Part shown: in pieces, positions 43,373-52,645 of the stretch
Layout of the letters: every line of letters begins with the position of its first letter
Numbering within the stretch: position 1 is the first letter of the stretch
DNA from: Gemmatimonadales bacterium
GTDB lineage: Bacteria; Gemmatimonadota; Gemmatimonadetes; Longimicrobiales; Gaopeijiaceae
Assembly: GCA_050181335.1 (NCBI GenBank)
Contig: JBFXDG010000019.1
Location: 302-64,301 of the forward strand
DNA: 64,000 nt
Direction of reading: 5' to 3'
Notes under the pieces: model-generated
What the model saw: only the letters and a program-made list of their open reading frames with translations
Told to the model about the DNA's origin: nothing
The model's database searches: none
Position numbers and translations under genes: made by a program

Positions 43373-44146
43373 ATGGGCGTCCTCAACGTCACGCCGGACT
43401 CGTTCGCGGACGGTGGACGGTTCCTGCGCCACGAAGACGCGCTCGCCCACGGGGCGCGCATGGCGGATGAGGGAGCCGACATCGTCGACGTCGGCGGCGA
43501 GAGCACCCGGCCCGGCTCCGATCCCGTCGGGGAGCAGGAGGAGCTCGATCGAGTGGCGCCCGTCGTGGAGGGGCTCGCCCGCACGATCGGCGCGCGCATC
43601 TCGGTCGACACCTCCAAGCCCCGCGTGGCCGAGGCGTGCCTGCGGCTCGGGGCGAGCCTGGTGAACGACGTGACGGGTCTCACGGACGATGCGATGATCC
43701 GCACGGCGAAGGAGGGCGGGGCCGGGGTGGTCGTCATGCACATGCGGGGCCGGCCGAAGACGATGCAGCAGGACGTCGTGTACGACGACGTCGTACGCGA
43801 GGTGAGCCGCTTCCTCGCGGAGCGTGCGCGCGTCGCTCGCGGTGCCGGCATCGACGAGGTGATCGTCGATCCGGGCATCGGATTCGGGAAGACGGCCGCC
43901 CACAACTTCGAGATCCTGAAGCGCCTCGACGAGATCGCGTCGCTCGGATACCCGGTGCTCGTCGGCCCCTCCCGGAAGTCCTTCCTCGGATCGCTCCCGA
44001 GCAAGCTCCCGTCCTCGGAGCGCCTCGAGGGCACGCTGGCCGCCGTGGCGGTCTGCGCGCTGCACGGCGCGTCGATCGTGAGGGTCCACGACGTGCTCCA
44101 GACGAAGCGCGTCGTCGAGGTCGTCGACGCCGTGCGCGGGGCGTGA
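43373..44146 (+). CDS. folP: Dihydropteroate synthase
   Basis: 'MGVLNVTPDSFADGG', 'DVGGESTRPG', 'DPGIGFGK'. The start could lie slightly upstream at a non-ATG codon. Confidence 0.9.
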   Translation: MGVLNVTPDSFADGGRFLRHEDALAHGARMADEGADIVDVGGESTRPGSDPVGEQEELDRVAPVVEGLARTIGARISVDTSKPRVAEACLRLGASLVNDVTGLTDDAMIRTAKEGGAGVVVMHMRGRPKTMQQDVVYDDVVREVSRFLAERARVARGAGIDEVIVDPGIGFGKTAAHNFEILKRLDEIASLGYPVLVGPSRKSFLGSLPSKLPSSERLEGTLAAVAVCALHGASIVRVHDVLQTKRVVEVVDAVRGA

Positions 44147-44147
44147 C

Positions 44148-44507
44148 GTGGACCGTATCGTCGTTCCCGCGCTGCCGCTGCGGGCGCGCGTCGGCGTCAC
44201 GGACGCGGAGCGGGCCGTCGCCCAGGACGTGCTGATCGATCTCGAGCTCGGTCTCGACCTCGCCCGAGCCGGGCGCGAGGACGCGCTCGAGCACACGGTG
44301 GACTACGAGAAGGTCTGCGACGTCGTGGCGGCTACGGTGCAAGCCCACCCGTATCGTCTGATCGAGGCGATCGCCGAGGCGTGCGCGTCGGCGATCCTCA
44401 GCTCGTTCGGCGTGCAGGAGGTGCGCGTGCGCGTCCGGAAGCCCGGGGCGCTCGTGGCGCGTGGCGTGCCCCATGCGGCCGTCGAGGTGGTGCGCCGGCG
44501 TGCCTGA
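44148..44507 (+). CDS. folB: Dihydroneopterin aldolase
   Basis: 119 aa with 'GVTDAERAVAQDVLIDLEL' and 'VDYEKV...YRLIEAIAE'. Lies between folP and folK. Confidence 0.85.
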   Translation: MDRIVVPALPLRARVGVTDAERAVAQDVLIDLELGLDLARAGREDALEHTVDYEKVCDVVAATVQAHPYRLIEAIAEACASAILSSFGVQEVRVRVRKPGALVARGVPHAAVEVVRRRA

Positions 44508-45042
44508 GCCCGGCTCCGACGTCTACGTCGGCCTGGGGTCCAACCTCGGCGAGCGCGAGGAGCACCTGAGGCGCGCGGTGCTCGCGCTCCGCGACGCGAT
44601 CACCATCGAGCGCGTCTCGTCGATCTGGCTGACCGAGCCGGTCGGGCTCCGCGAGCAGCCGCCGTTCTACAACGCGGTGGTGGGTGGGCGCACGACGCTG
44701 GCGCCACGTGCGCTGCTGCACGCGCTGCTCGCCGTCGAGCGCGGCCTGGGGCGCGTCCGTGAGGCTGAGCCGGTCGAGAACGGTCCGCGTACCATCGATC
44801 TGGACCTGCTGCTCCACGGCGATCGCGTGCTGGACGAGCGGGGGTTGGTGCTGCCGCACCCGCGCATGACGGCGCGGCGCTTCGTGCTCGCGCCGCTCGC
44901 CGAGATCGCGCCGGATCTGCGGATCGGTGACCACCCGCGCACGGTCGTCGAGATGCTCGCGGCTCTGGCACCCGGGCAGAACGCCGTCGAGCGGCTCGCG
45001 CTTCCCGGATGGCCTCCGGAGGTGATCCGCCCTCTGCGCTGA
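44500..45042 (+). CDS. folK: 2-amino-4-hydroxy-6-hydroxymethyldihydropteridine diphosphokinase
   Basis: 'VYVGLGSNLGERE', 'GPRTIDLDLL', 'LPHPRM..RRFVL.PL'. GTG 44500 overlaps the folB end; the alternative start is ATG 44473. Confidence 0.85.
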   Translation: MPEPGSDVYVGLGSNLGEREEHLRRAVLALRDAITIERVSSIWLTEPVGLREQPPFYNAVVGGRTTLAPRALLHALLAVERGLGRVREAEPVENGPRTIDLDLLLHGDRVLDERGLVLPHPRMTARRFVLAPLAEIAPDLRIGDHPRTVVEMLAALAPGQNAVERLALPGWPPEVIRPLR

Positions 45043-45122
45043 CGTCCCATCCAGACATGTCCGCGGGACGACCCGAGCCTCATCGTAGCGCAGGTCGGCG
45101 GACGTCTCGGTGGAGCACCCGG

Positions 45123-46403
45123 ATGAGACAGACGTGGTGGGGAAGATGGAGTCGTAGGGCGATCGGCGTCGGCGCGCTCGCGGCCTGTGCGTGCGGGGGC
45201 GACCCGGAGCAGGCGCCCGCTTCAGCCGGGCCCGCGGCGGCTTCATCGGCACCCCTCGCACCCTGCCTGCTCGAGCAGTCGCCGCTCCTCGCGGCCGACG
45301 GGACCGAGCTCTACATCGAGCCCCAGAACTTGTTCGCGCTCGGCGACGCCTGGGTCGTCGCAGGCGCGCCGAGCTACCGCTGGGGTGTCGCACCCGGGCG
45401 CGACGCGGTCCGCCTCCAGACGGATGCGCACGTGGCCGCGGTCGTGGCCCGGCCCGCGGTGCCGATCGCGAGGCCGAGAGCCGCGCGGACGGGGAGCGTG
45501 ATCGCGACCCCGCTCGGCGACGGTCGGTGGGCGGCCATCTTCGACGAGATCCATCCGGACTCGATCCCGGGCGTGTTCTCCCCGCTGTCGTGGTGGTACG
45601 GCGAGCACGACGGGACGCGCTGGACGCTCGTGGAGCCGCTGCCCGTTCCTCCCGCCTCGAGGCTTCTCTTGCGGCAGTCCTCGAACCTCGTCCGCGCTGG
45701 TGACCGACTCGTGTGGATCGGATACGACGACGCGGAGCGTGCGTCGCCGGCCCACATGTATCGCTACGAGCGAGGCGACGGCACCTGGCGGTACGAGCGC
45801 ATGCCCGACGAGTTCGTCGAGGTCGCCGTCCTCGAGTACGACGATGGAGCGGGACTCTGGATGCTGCTCGTCGGCCTGGACGAGGAGCTGCCGGGGTTCC
45901 AGAAGTCCATTCGGCTGTATCGCGAGGGTCGGACACGGGAGCTGGTCGCGCGCGTCACTGCCGAGCCGGGTGCCGACCGCATGATCTCTTGGCCGTCGAT
46001 GCAGATCCAAGACGGCGCGGTCCACGTGTCGTGGGTCGTGTCGGCACGGGAGGGGTCGCGCGCGTTCGTTCGGAGCGGCATCCGCTCCGGCGTCGATCCC
46101 GGGCCGATCGTCGAGCTCGACGACAACGCTCCGCATCTGCGCACGCTGACGATGCCGGACGGGTCACCCGCGTGGATCGCCGAGCACCTCGACCCCGTCA
46201 CCCAGCAGAAAGAGCTTCGCGTCCTGCGCCTCGACGGCACCCGCATCCTACGAGCCGCGGCCGTGCCCAGCCCGTTCACCGGCTTCTTCAGCGCGCGGGC
46301 GCGCGACGCGAACGACATCGTCTTGGTCGGCCCCCAGATGGGTCGGGTGTCGCCCGAGACCCCAGTCCGCAGCCTCGTCCTCCGACTGAGCACGTCCTGC
46401 TAG
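45123..46403 (+). CDS. Hypothetical lipoprotein (beta-rich, propeller-like repeats?)
   Basis: 'AIGVGALAACACGG' signal/lipobox from ATG 45123 within track ORF 45009..46403. High GC3. Confidence 0.6.
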   Translation: MRQTWWGRWSRRAIGVGALAACACGGDPEQAPASAGPAAASSAPLAPCLLEQSPLLAADGTELYIEPQNLFALGDAWVVAGAPSYRWGVAPGRDAVRLQTDAHVAAVVARPAVPIARPRAARTGSVIATPLGDGRWAAIFDEIHPDSIPGVFSPLSWWYGEHDGTRWTLVEPLPVPPASRLLLRQSSNLVRAGDRLVWIGYDDAERASPAHMYRYERGDGTWRYERMPDEFVEVAVLEYDDGAGLWMLLVGLDEELPGFQKSIRLYREGRTRELVARVTAEPGADRMISWPSMQIQDGAVHVSWVVSAREGSRAFVRSGIRSGVDPGPIVELDDNAPHLRTLTMPDGSPAWIAEHLDPVTQQKELRVLRLDGTRILRAAAVPSPFTGFFSARARDANDIVLVGPQMGRVSPETPVRSLVLRLSTSC

Positions 46404-46461
46404 CTACCCGCTGCGGACCTCCAGCAGTACCCCATCTCCATCTCATCCCCCGGAGGATCGC

Positions 46462-47247
46462 ATGTCCCCCTTTCGCAGTCGTGCATTGACCGCCGTCGCC
46501 GCGCTCGTGGTGGCGGCATGCACCGAGGACGCGCCGACCGGCGTCGCCCCGGACGTCGCGGAGATCGCGTCCGAGCTGGCGTTCGTCGTACCCACCGACC
46601 TGCGCGAGCGCATGATCACGAGAACCATCGTCGTCGACACCGTCCGCCCCGCGGGGCCCGCGCGCTCCGAGGACCAGGGGTACGGAACCTACTACGACTT
46701 CGGCGAGCAGCCCGTCGTCACGGCGGCCGCGGGCCTCTGGGACGAGAAGACGCGCGCATGGTTCCTGCCCGGCCGGCTCAGCGTGGTCGGGAGCCACGAC
46801 TACATCGCCAACAAGAGCTCGGTCGACACGAAAGCGACGCTCAGCTACCAGGGCGCCGTGATCGGGACCAACCAGTCGTACGCCGAGAACTCACATCCCT
46901 TCATCCCACCTCCGCTCTGGACGCAGTCCATCTGGACCGAGGCCAGGATCTACACGGACCGGGAGTGCGGCCTGAGCGGGTGGGGTGACTCCGCCCATCG
47001 AGCTTGGTGGGAGGCCGTCATGGGCAGCCCGGTTTCGATCTTCTCGGCAGTCGCGCGAGGGTCGACGGCCGATCGGGTGTTCCAACCCGCCTGTCCCCCG
47101 ACGCCGCCGAACCCGGGCAACAGCACGGGCTCGACGAGCACGGGTGGCGGCGGCGGGGAAGCCATCTGCTACCTCTGGACCACCTACGATCTCGAGACCG
47201 GCGAGATCTACAACCAGCAGCTCCTCTTCTGCACGGACGGCGGCTGA
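46462..47247 (+). CDS. Hypothetical lipoprotein with Gly/Ser/Thr linker and C-terminal Cys-bracketed segment
   Basis: Lipobox 'LVVAAC'. C-terminus is '...STGGGGGEAICYLWTTYDLETGEIYNQQLLFCTDGG'. Confidence 0.6.
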   Translation: MSPFRSRALTAVAALVVAACTEDAPTGVAPDVAEIASELAFVVPTDLRERMITRTIVVDTVRPAGPARSEDQGYGTYYDFGEQPVVTAAAGLWDEKTRAWFLPGRLSVVGSHDYIANKSSVDTKATLSYQGAVIGTNQSYAENSHPFIPPPLWTQSIWTEARIYTDRECGLSGWGDSAHRAWWEAVMGSPVSIFSAVARGSTADRVFQPACPPTPPNPGNSTGSTSTGGGGGEAICYLWTTYDLETGEIYNQQLLFCTDGG

Positions 47248-47331
47248 TCCGAGGCCGTCTCCAACGCAGCATGTCCGCAGCATTCCCGCAGCAATTCTGG
47301 GACTCCACCCTCTTCCACGAGGTCTTCGACC

Positions 47332-47772
47332 ATGCGCACACCTACGCACACCTTCGCGCTCACCCTCCTGATCGCGCTCGCGCTCGCCGCGGCGCTCGGC
47401 CCGAGCCCGCTCGCGGCCCAGGCGGACGGAGGGCCGCCGCTCTTCCTCGCGATGCCGGACGTCTACCCCGACGTGGACGGCCGCGTCACCCTCCTGCGGG
47501 AGCAATCCCGCGAGGTCATCGTGCTCGCCAGGGACGCGACGCCGGAGGATCTCGGCGTGGCGATCCGCATGCTGGCCCGCTTCCGGCGGGAGCGCGGCCA
47601 ACCGGAGCGCGGTCGCGGCAACATGATCCCGATCGTGGGCCACGCCGGGACGACGCTGAACGCGGAGCGTCGCACGAGGCTCGAGACGGTCCTCCGTGAG
47701 CTGAGGAGTCGGCCGGTCACCCAGGTGGGCAACCTCGGACGCGGTCGCTGGATGAGGCTCGATCAGCGCTGA
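47332..47772 (+). CDS. Hypothetical secreted protein
   Basis: Signal peptide 'LTLLIALALAAALGPSPLAAQA'. 146 aa. No recognisable motif. Confidence 0.55.
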   Translation: MRTPTHTFALTLLIALALAAALGPSPLAAQADGGPPLFLAMPDVYPDVDGRVTLLREQSREVIVLARDATPEDLGVAIRMLARFRRERGQPERGRGNMIPIVGHAGTTLNAERRTRLETVLRELRSRPVTQVGNLGRGRWMRLDQR

Positions 47773-47782
47773 GCGCCGAGAA

Positions 47783-47818
47783 GGGCCGGGCGCCGTCGCT
47801 CCATGCGGCGCCCGGCCC
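47783..47818. terminator. Bidirectional hairpin terminator between convergent genes
   Basis: Perfect 13-bp stem GGGCCGGGCGCCG / CGGCGCCCGGCCC with a 10-nt loop. Confidence 0.6.
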
Positions 47819-47848
47819 CGACGGCGGGTCGACGCGGGGAGCGGCGGG

Positions 47849-49210
47849 TCACTGCTCGAGCGACCGCGTGCTCTCCTGGAGCCACCCGAGGTGGCCGCCG
47901 GGTGCCTGCACGAACAGGTAGCCGTCGTAGCGGCCGAAGACGGGCAGCTCGAGCGGGGAGTCCAGCAGCGCCACGAGCGGCGCTCCCTCCTGCGGGCGCT
48001 GCCTCACGGTCGCGCCGTTCACGGTGAGCTGGGCTCCGACCGGCTGATCCACGGGCTCGGTGAGGCGCGAGGCGACGTACCCGTACCCGCCGTCCGGAAG
48101 CCGCACGCGGAAGTACTCGCCTGAGCCCCCGAGCACGCGGGCGGCGGTGAAGCGCTCGAGCTCGCGCAGCACGGGAGCGTTCCCGTCGGGCGCCGCGCGG
48201 AGGCGCCCCCCGCTGCTCTGGAGCCTCACCCAATGACCGAGCTGTCCGAGGTCGGCGGTGAGCTCCGCGAGCGTGCCGGCGGGCGGGCGCAGATACGGAG
48301 CCGGGTCGATGGCGCCCTCGCCCGAGCGGTACAGGCCGAAGTGCAGATGGGGCGGCGTCGTGCGCGCGTTGCCCGTGTTGCCGACGAAGCCGAGCGTGTC
48401 GCCGATCTCGATCCGGTCGCCGTTGCGCACGTGCTGGCTGTCGAGGTGCGCGTAGTACAGGCGAGCGTTGCGGATCGGATCGCGCACCCAGACGACCTTC
48501 CCGCCGAGGTTCGTGATACCGATTCGGTAGGCCTCACCGGCCGCGGCGGCCAGAACCGGCGTGCCCCGCGGCGCGAAGATGTCCACGCCCTCGTGGCTCC
48601 TCGCGCCGCCGTCGCGCTCGGCGCCGAACACGCTCTGGACGGCGGGCATGCTGCGACCGCTGACGGGGAAGGCGAGCTGCGCCTCGAGTCGGAGCACCAC
48701 GTGGTACTGGCCGCCGCGGAGCAGCTCGGGCTGGAGGCGCAGGATGAAGTCGCCTTCGCGCCACGGCTCGTGCTCGAACGTCCCCGGCACCGAGTCCGTC
48801 GAGATGATCGGCCGGGGAGGGTCGTCGGCGTCGGTCGGGACGCGGAAGAGGTCGACGAAGACCCGCGTGCTGTCCTCGCTGTCCAGCGTCACCTCGGCGG
48901 TCAGCCGCTTCCCGCGCGGGACCGAGATCTTGTACGCCATCGCCGCGGGCGCCTCGGCGGCGATGTACCCCTCCTCCTGGAAGGGGAGCGTGACGGGAGC
49001 CGCCTGCTCGACGGCGGCACTGCCGACCGCGACCCACTCGCGCCCGAGCGCGGTCTCGAGAAGGCCGGCCTGGGAGAGCGACTCGCGGTACGCCTCGTAC
49101 GGCGTGAGGTCGCGAAAACGGTCCTGGACCACCTCGACCTGCTCGCAGCCGACGAGGGCGCCGGCGGCGGCGGCCAGGAGGACGACGGCGCGCGGGCGGG
49201 GGAGCGTCAT
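47849..49210 (-). CDS. M23-family metallopeptidase lipoprotein with C-terminal SH3-like domains
   Basis: Lipobox 'GALVGC'. 'HEGVDIFAPRGTPV' and 'TPPHLHFGLY' are M23 zinc motifs. Confidence 0.85.
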   Translation of the reverse strand: MTLPRPRAVVLLAAAAGALVGCEQVEVVQDRFRDLTPYEAYRESLSQAGLLETALGREWVAVGSAAVEQAAPVTLPFQEEGYIAAEAPAAMAYKISVPRGKRLTAEVTLDSEDSTRVFVDLFRVPTDADDPPRPIISTDSVPGTFEHEPWREGDFILRLQPELLRGGQYHVVLRLEAQLAFPVSGRSMPAVQSVFGAERDGGARSHEGVDIFAPRGTPVLAAAAGEAYRIGITNLGGKVVWVRDPIRNARLYYAHLDSQHVRNGDRIEIGDTLGFVGNTGNARTTPPHLHFGLYRSGEGAIDPAPYLRPPAGTLAELTADLGQLGHWVRLQSSGGRLRAAPDGNAPVLRELERFTAARVLGGSGEYFRVRLPDGGYGYVASRLTEPVDQPVGAQLTVNGATVRQRPQEGAPLVALLDSPLELPVFGRYDGYLFVQAPGGHLGWLQESTRSLEQ

Positions 49211-49376
49211 CTGGAGTGTGCTCCTGGGAAGGCGTCCTGCGAGCGTCCTCGTTGCACCGAACCTGACTCCCGGGGCGTCCCAGGGTCAATGGTGGGCGCC
49301 CCCGGCGACGGGCCCTGAAAATTGTAGGCCAGATGGGCCTCCATTAGGTTTTTCGCCCCTCGGAGCGGGTATCGAC

Positions 49377-50648
49377 GTGGTACGGATCGCGGACATCGAA
49401 GCCGGCAGCATCGCCGACGAGCTCAGCCTCGAGATCGGCTCGAGGATCGTGCGGATCAACGGCGAGCCGGTTCGGGACGGCATCGATCTCACGTTCCTGC
49501 TCGCCGACGAGCGGATCGAGCTCGAGGCGACGTCGCCGGCGGGCGAGACGGTGGTGTATTCCTTCGATCGGGACCCGGGCGAGCCGATCGGCATCGTGCC
49601 CGCGCCGGACACGATCCGCGAGTGCGCCAACAAGTGCGTGTTCTGCTTCATCGACGGCAATCCGGCGGGGGCCCGCGATCCCCTCTGGCTCCGGGACGAC
49701 GATTTCCGGCTGTCGTTCACCTACGGCAGCTACGTCACCCTCACGAACCTGGGACCGAAGGGGCTGCGCCGGCTCGTCGAGCAGCGCATCTCGCCCCTCT
49801 ACGTGAGTGTGCACGCGACGGAGCCGGAGGTGCGCGAGAGGCTGCTGGTCAACGACCGCGCGGGTCTGATCATGGAGCAGCTCCGCGAGCTGCTCGACGG
49901 CGGACTCGAGGTGCACACGCAGGTGGTGCTGTGCCCGGAGTGGAACGACGGCGCGCATCTAGGCCGCACGATCGAGGACCTGTGGCAGCTCGGCCCGCAG
50001 GTCCGCTCCCTGTCGATCGTGCCGGTCGGCCTGACCCGCTACAACCTCAATCGGCCCGTTCGACTCCTCCGCGCCGACGAGGCGCGGGCGGTGATCGAGC
50101 GCGTGGACGAGGCGCGCGCGCGAGGCCTGGAAGAGCGCGGCGTCGGGTGGTGTTACGCCGCCGACGAGATGTACCTGACGGCCGAGCTGCCCATCCCCGA
50201 CGAGGCATACTACGATGACGGCGCGCTCCACGAGAACGGCGTGGGGCAGATCCGCAAGTTCGTGCAGGATTTCGAGCGCGGTCTGGCCGACGTCCCGCGG
50301 CTCGAGGGTCGTCGTGTGCGACTGGTGACCGGTGCCTCGATGGCGCCTTTTCTGCGCGAGCGCGCGCCGCGGCTGGCGCGGGGCACGGGCGCGGCGGTCG
50401 AGGTGGTCGAGGTCGTGAACGACTACTTCGGCGAGACGGTGACGGTCGCGGGCCTGCTGGGCGGGCGGGACATCCTGCGGGCGCTCGACCAGGGGCGCGC
50501 CGGTGACGTGATCCTGCTGCCGGCCGAGGCGCTCAACGGGGACGGCCGCTTCATCGACGACCTGTCGCAGGCGGAGCTCGTGGAGCGTCTCGGGCCCGCG
50601 GTCGTGCGCTCCGGCTACGAGGTGACCGAGGCGCTGGGCTCGCTGTGA
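49377..50648 (+). CDS. DUF512 protein (PDZ + radical-SAM-like Cys cluster)
   Basis: PDZ-like N-terminus 'IEAGSIADELSLEIGSRIVRINGEPV', 'CANKCVFCFIDG', 'PLYVSVHATEPEVR'. GTG 49377 is in frame with the tail of track ORF 48561..50648. Lies upstream of der. Confidence 0.8.
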   Translation: MVRIADIEAGSIADELSLEIGSRIVRINGEPVRDGIDLTFLLADERIELEATSPAGETVVYSFDRDPGEPIGIVPAPDTIRECANKCVFCFIDGNPAGARDPLWLRDDDFRLSFTYGSYVTLTNLGPKGLRRLVEQRISPLYVSVHATEPEVRERLLVNDRAGLIMEQLRELLDGGLEVHTQVVLCPEWNDGAHLGRTIEDLWQLGPQVRSLSIVPVGLTRYNLNRPVRLLRADEARAVIERVDEARARGLEERGVGWCYAADEMYLTAELPIPDEAYYDDGALHENGVGQIRKFVQDFERGLADVPRLEGRRVRLVTGASMAPFLRERAPRLARGTGAAVEVVEVVNDYFGETVTVAGLLGGRDILRALDQGRAGDVILLPAEALNGDGRFIDDLSQAELVERLGPAVVRSGYEVTEALGSL

Positions 50649-52003
50649 AGCTTCCCGTGGTCGCCGTCGTGGGACGGCCCAACGTCGGGAAGTCGACGTT
50701 CTTCAACCGCGTCGTCGGCCGGCGCCTCGCGATCGTGGACGACCGTCCGGGTGTGACGCGCGACCGCAACTTCGCCCGTGCCGAGTGGGCGGGGCGTGAG
50801 TTCTACATCGTGGACACGGGCGGCGTGATCGAGGGGAGCGACGCCCCGTTGGACCGCGCCATCCGGCAGCAGGCGCTCGCCGCGGTCGATCAGGCGGATG
50901 CCGTCATCTTCATGGTGGACGCTCGCGACGGGGTGCACGCGCTCGACGAGCTCCTGGCGGGCATCCTGCGGAAATCGGGGAAGCCGATCGTCCTCGTCGC
51001 GAACAAGCTCGACAACCTGCCCGAAGACCAGGCGCGCCACGATTTCTGGTCGCTGGGCCTGGGAGAGCCGAGGCCCGTCAGCTCGGTCTCCGGTAAAGGG
51101 TCCGGCAATCTGCTCGATCACGTGCTCTCGCTCGTTCCCCCCTCTCCGCATCCCGAGGCGTCGGTGGGCGAGGTTCGCGTGGCGGTGGTGGGCAAGCCGA
51201 ACGTCGGCAAGTCGAGCTTCGTGAACCGTCTGCTCGGCGAGGAGCGGGTGGTCGTGTCGGCCGAGGCGGGGACGACCCGCGACTCGGTCGATACCCCGTT
51301 CGCGTATCACGGCCACACCCTCGTGTTCGTCGACACCGCCGGCCTGCGCCGCCAGGCCAAGGTGAAGGACGACCTCGAGTACTACAGCGCGCTGCGCACG
51401 GAGCGCGCGGTCCAGGACGCCGACGTCTGCATCGTCATGGTGGATGCCACCGAGGACGAGCTGCACGCCCAGGACGTCCGCATCGCGCAGACGGCGTGGG
51501 AGGCCGGCAAGGGCCTGATCCTGGTGGCGAACAAGTGGGATCTGGTCGCGAAGGAGACGATGACCGCGCCGGACTGGGAGAAGAAGGTCCGCGACCGCGT
51601 GCCCTTCCTGAAGTGGGTGCCGATCGTGTTCACCTCGGCGCTCACCGGCCAGCGGGTGCGGAAATGCCTCGATCTGGTCCTGGAAGTCCAGGAGCAGCGG
51701 CTGCGGCGGATCGAGACGCACGAGGTCAACGAGGTCCTCGAGCAGCTGCTCGAACGACAGCCCCCGCCGGCGCACCGGGGCCGTCGCGTGAAGATCCGCT
51801 ATGGCACGCAGATCGGCGTCGGGCCGCCGACCTTCGCCGTCTTCTGCAACTTTCCCAAGGCGCTCGCGGATCACTACCTTCGCTTCCTGCACAACGGCTT
51901 CCGCGAGGCGTGGACCTTCATGGGCTCACCGATCCGCCTCAGGGTGCGCGGCGGCAAGGACGCCGTGACCGGCGGCAGGAAGGACGGCCGCCGCGAACGG
52001 TGA
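50645..52003 (+). CDS. der: Ribosome biogenesis GTPase Der (EngA)
   Basis: Two G domains ('VGRPNVGKST', 'VGKPNVGKSS') plus a KH-like C-terminus. GTGA overlap upstream. Confidence 0.95.
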   Translation: MKLPVVAVVGRPNVGKSTFFNRVVGRRLAIVDDRPGVTRDRNFARAEWAGREFYIVDTGGVIEGSDAPLDRAIRQQALAAVDQADAVIFMVDARDGVHALDELLAGILRKSGKPIVLVANKLDNLPEDQARHDFWSLGLGEPRPVSSVSGKGSGNLLDHVLSLVPPSPHPEASVGEVRVAVVGKPNVGKSSFVNRLLGEERVVVSAEAGTTRDSVDTPFAYHGHTLVFVDTAGLRRQAKVKDDLEYYSALRTERAVQDADVCIVMVDATEDELHAQDVRIAQTAWEAGKGLILVANKWDLVAKETMTAPDWEKKVRDRVPFLKWVPIVFTSALTGQRVRKCLDLVLEVQEQRLRRIETHEVNEVLEQLLERQPPPAHRGRRVKIRYGTQIGVGPPTFAVFCNFPKALADHYLRFLHNGFREAWTFMGSPIRLRVRGGKDAVTGGRKDGRRER

Positions 52004-52638
52004 CGTACCTCCTGGTCGCGCTGTCGTACGTCGCCGGCTCGATCCCGTCCAGCTTCCTCGTCGGGAAGATCTTTCACGGCATCGACTTGAGACAGCACGG
52101 ATCAGGTAATCTCGGAGCCACCAACGCCTTTCGGGTGCTCGGCGCGAAGTCCGCGCTGCCCGTCCTGCTCGCCGACATGACGAAGGGGCTCCTGCCGGTC
52201 CTCTTCTTCCCTCGGCTCGCGCCGGCCGCGTTCGGATGGACGCTCGCGTACGCGGGGGCGGCGATCCTCGGGCACATGTTCAGCGTCTGGGTGGGCTTCC
52301 GGGGTGGGAAGGGGATCGCCACGAGCGCGGGGGTCCTGATCGCGCTGGCTCCGTGGGCGGTGCTCGGCGGCCTCTTCGTGTGGCTCGCGGTCACGTTTCC
52401 GAGCGGATACGTGTCGCTCGGCTCGATCGCGGCGGCCGCCGCGCTTCCCGCGCTGGTGGCGCTCACGCCGCACCAGGGCGGCGCGACGCTGGTCTGGTTC
52501 TGCCTGATCCTCGGGGCCGTCGTCATCTGGGCGCATCGCAAGAACATCCGGCGTCTCGCGCGCGGGGAAGAGCACCGCTTCGGACGCCGCGCGGGCGGCG
52601 AGGCCGGCGCTCCCCGGAGCGGGGACTGGAACGCGTGA
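52000..52638 (+). CDS. plsY: Glycerol-3-phosphate acyltransferase PlsY
   Basis: 'GSGNLGATNAFRVLG' and 'FRGGKGIATSAG'. GTGA overlap with der. Confidence 0.9.
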   Translation: MTYLLVALSYVAGSIPSSFLVGKIFHGIDLRQHGSGNLGATNAFRVLGAKSALPVLLADMTKGLLPVLFFPRLAPAAFGWTLAYAGAAILGHMFSVWVGFRGGKGIATSAGVLIALAPWAVLGGLFVWLAVTFPSGYVSLGSIAAAAALPALVALTPHQGGATLVWFCLILGAVVIWAHRKNIRRLARGEEHRFGRRAGGEAGAPRSGDWNA

Positions 52639-52645
52639 GCCGGCC

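Noticed and set aside
49321-49350. Small palindrome AGGCC-AGATG-GGCCT upstream of the DUF512 gene.
   Set aside because: It has only 5-bp arms, which is expected by chance in GC-rich DNA. There is no supporting context.
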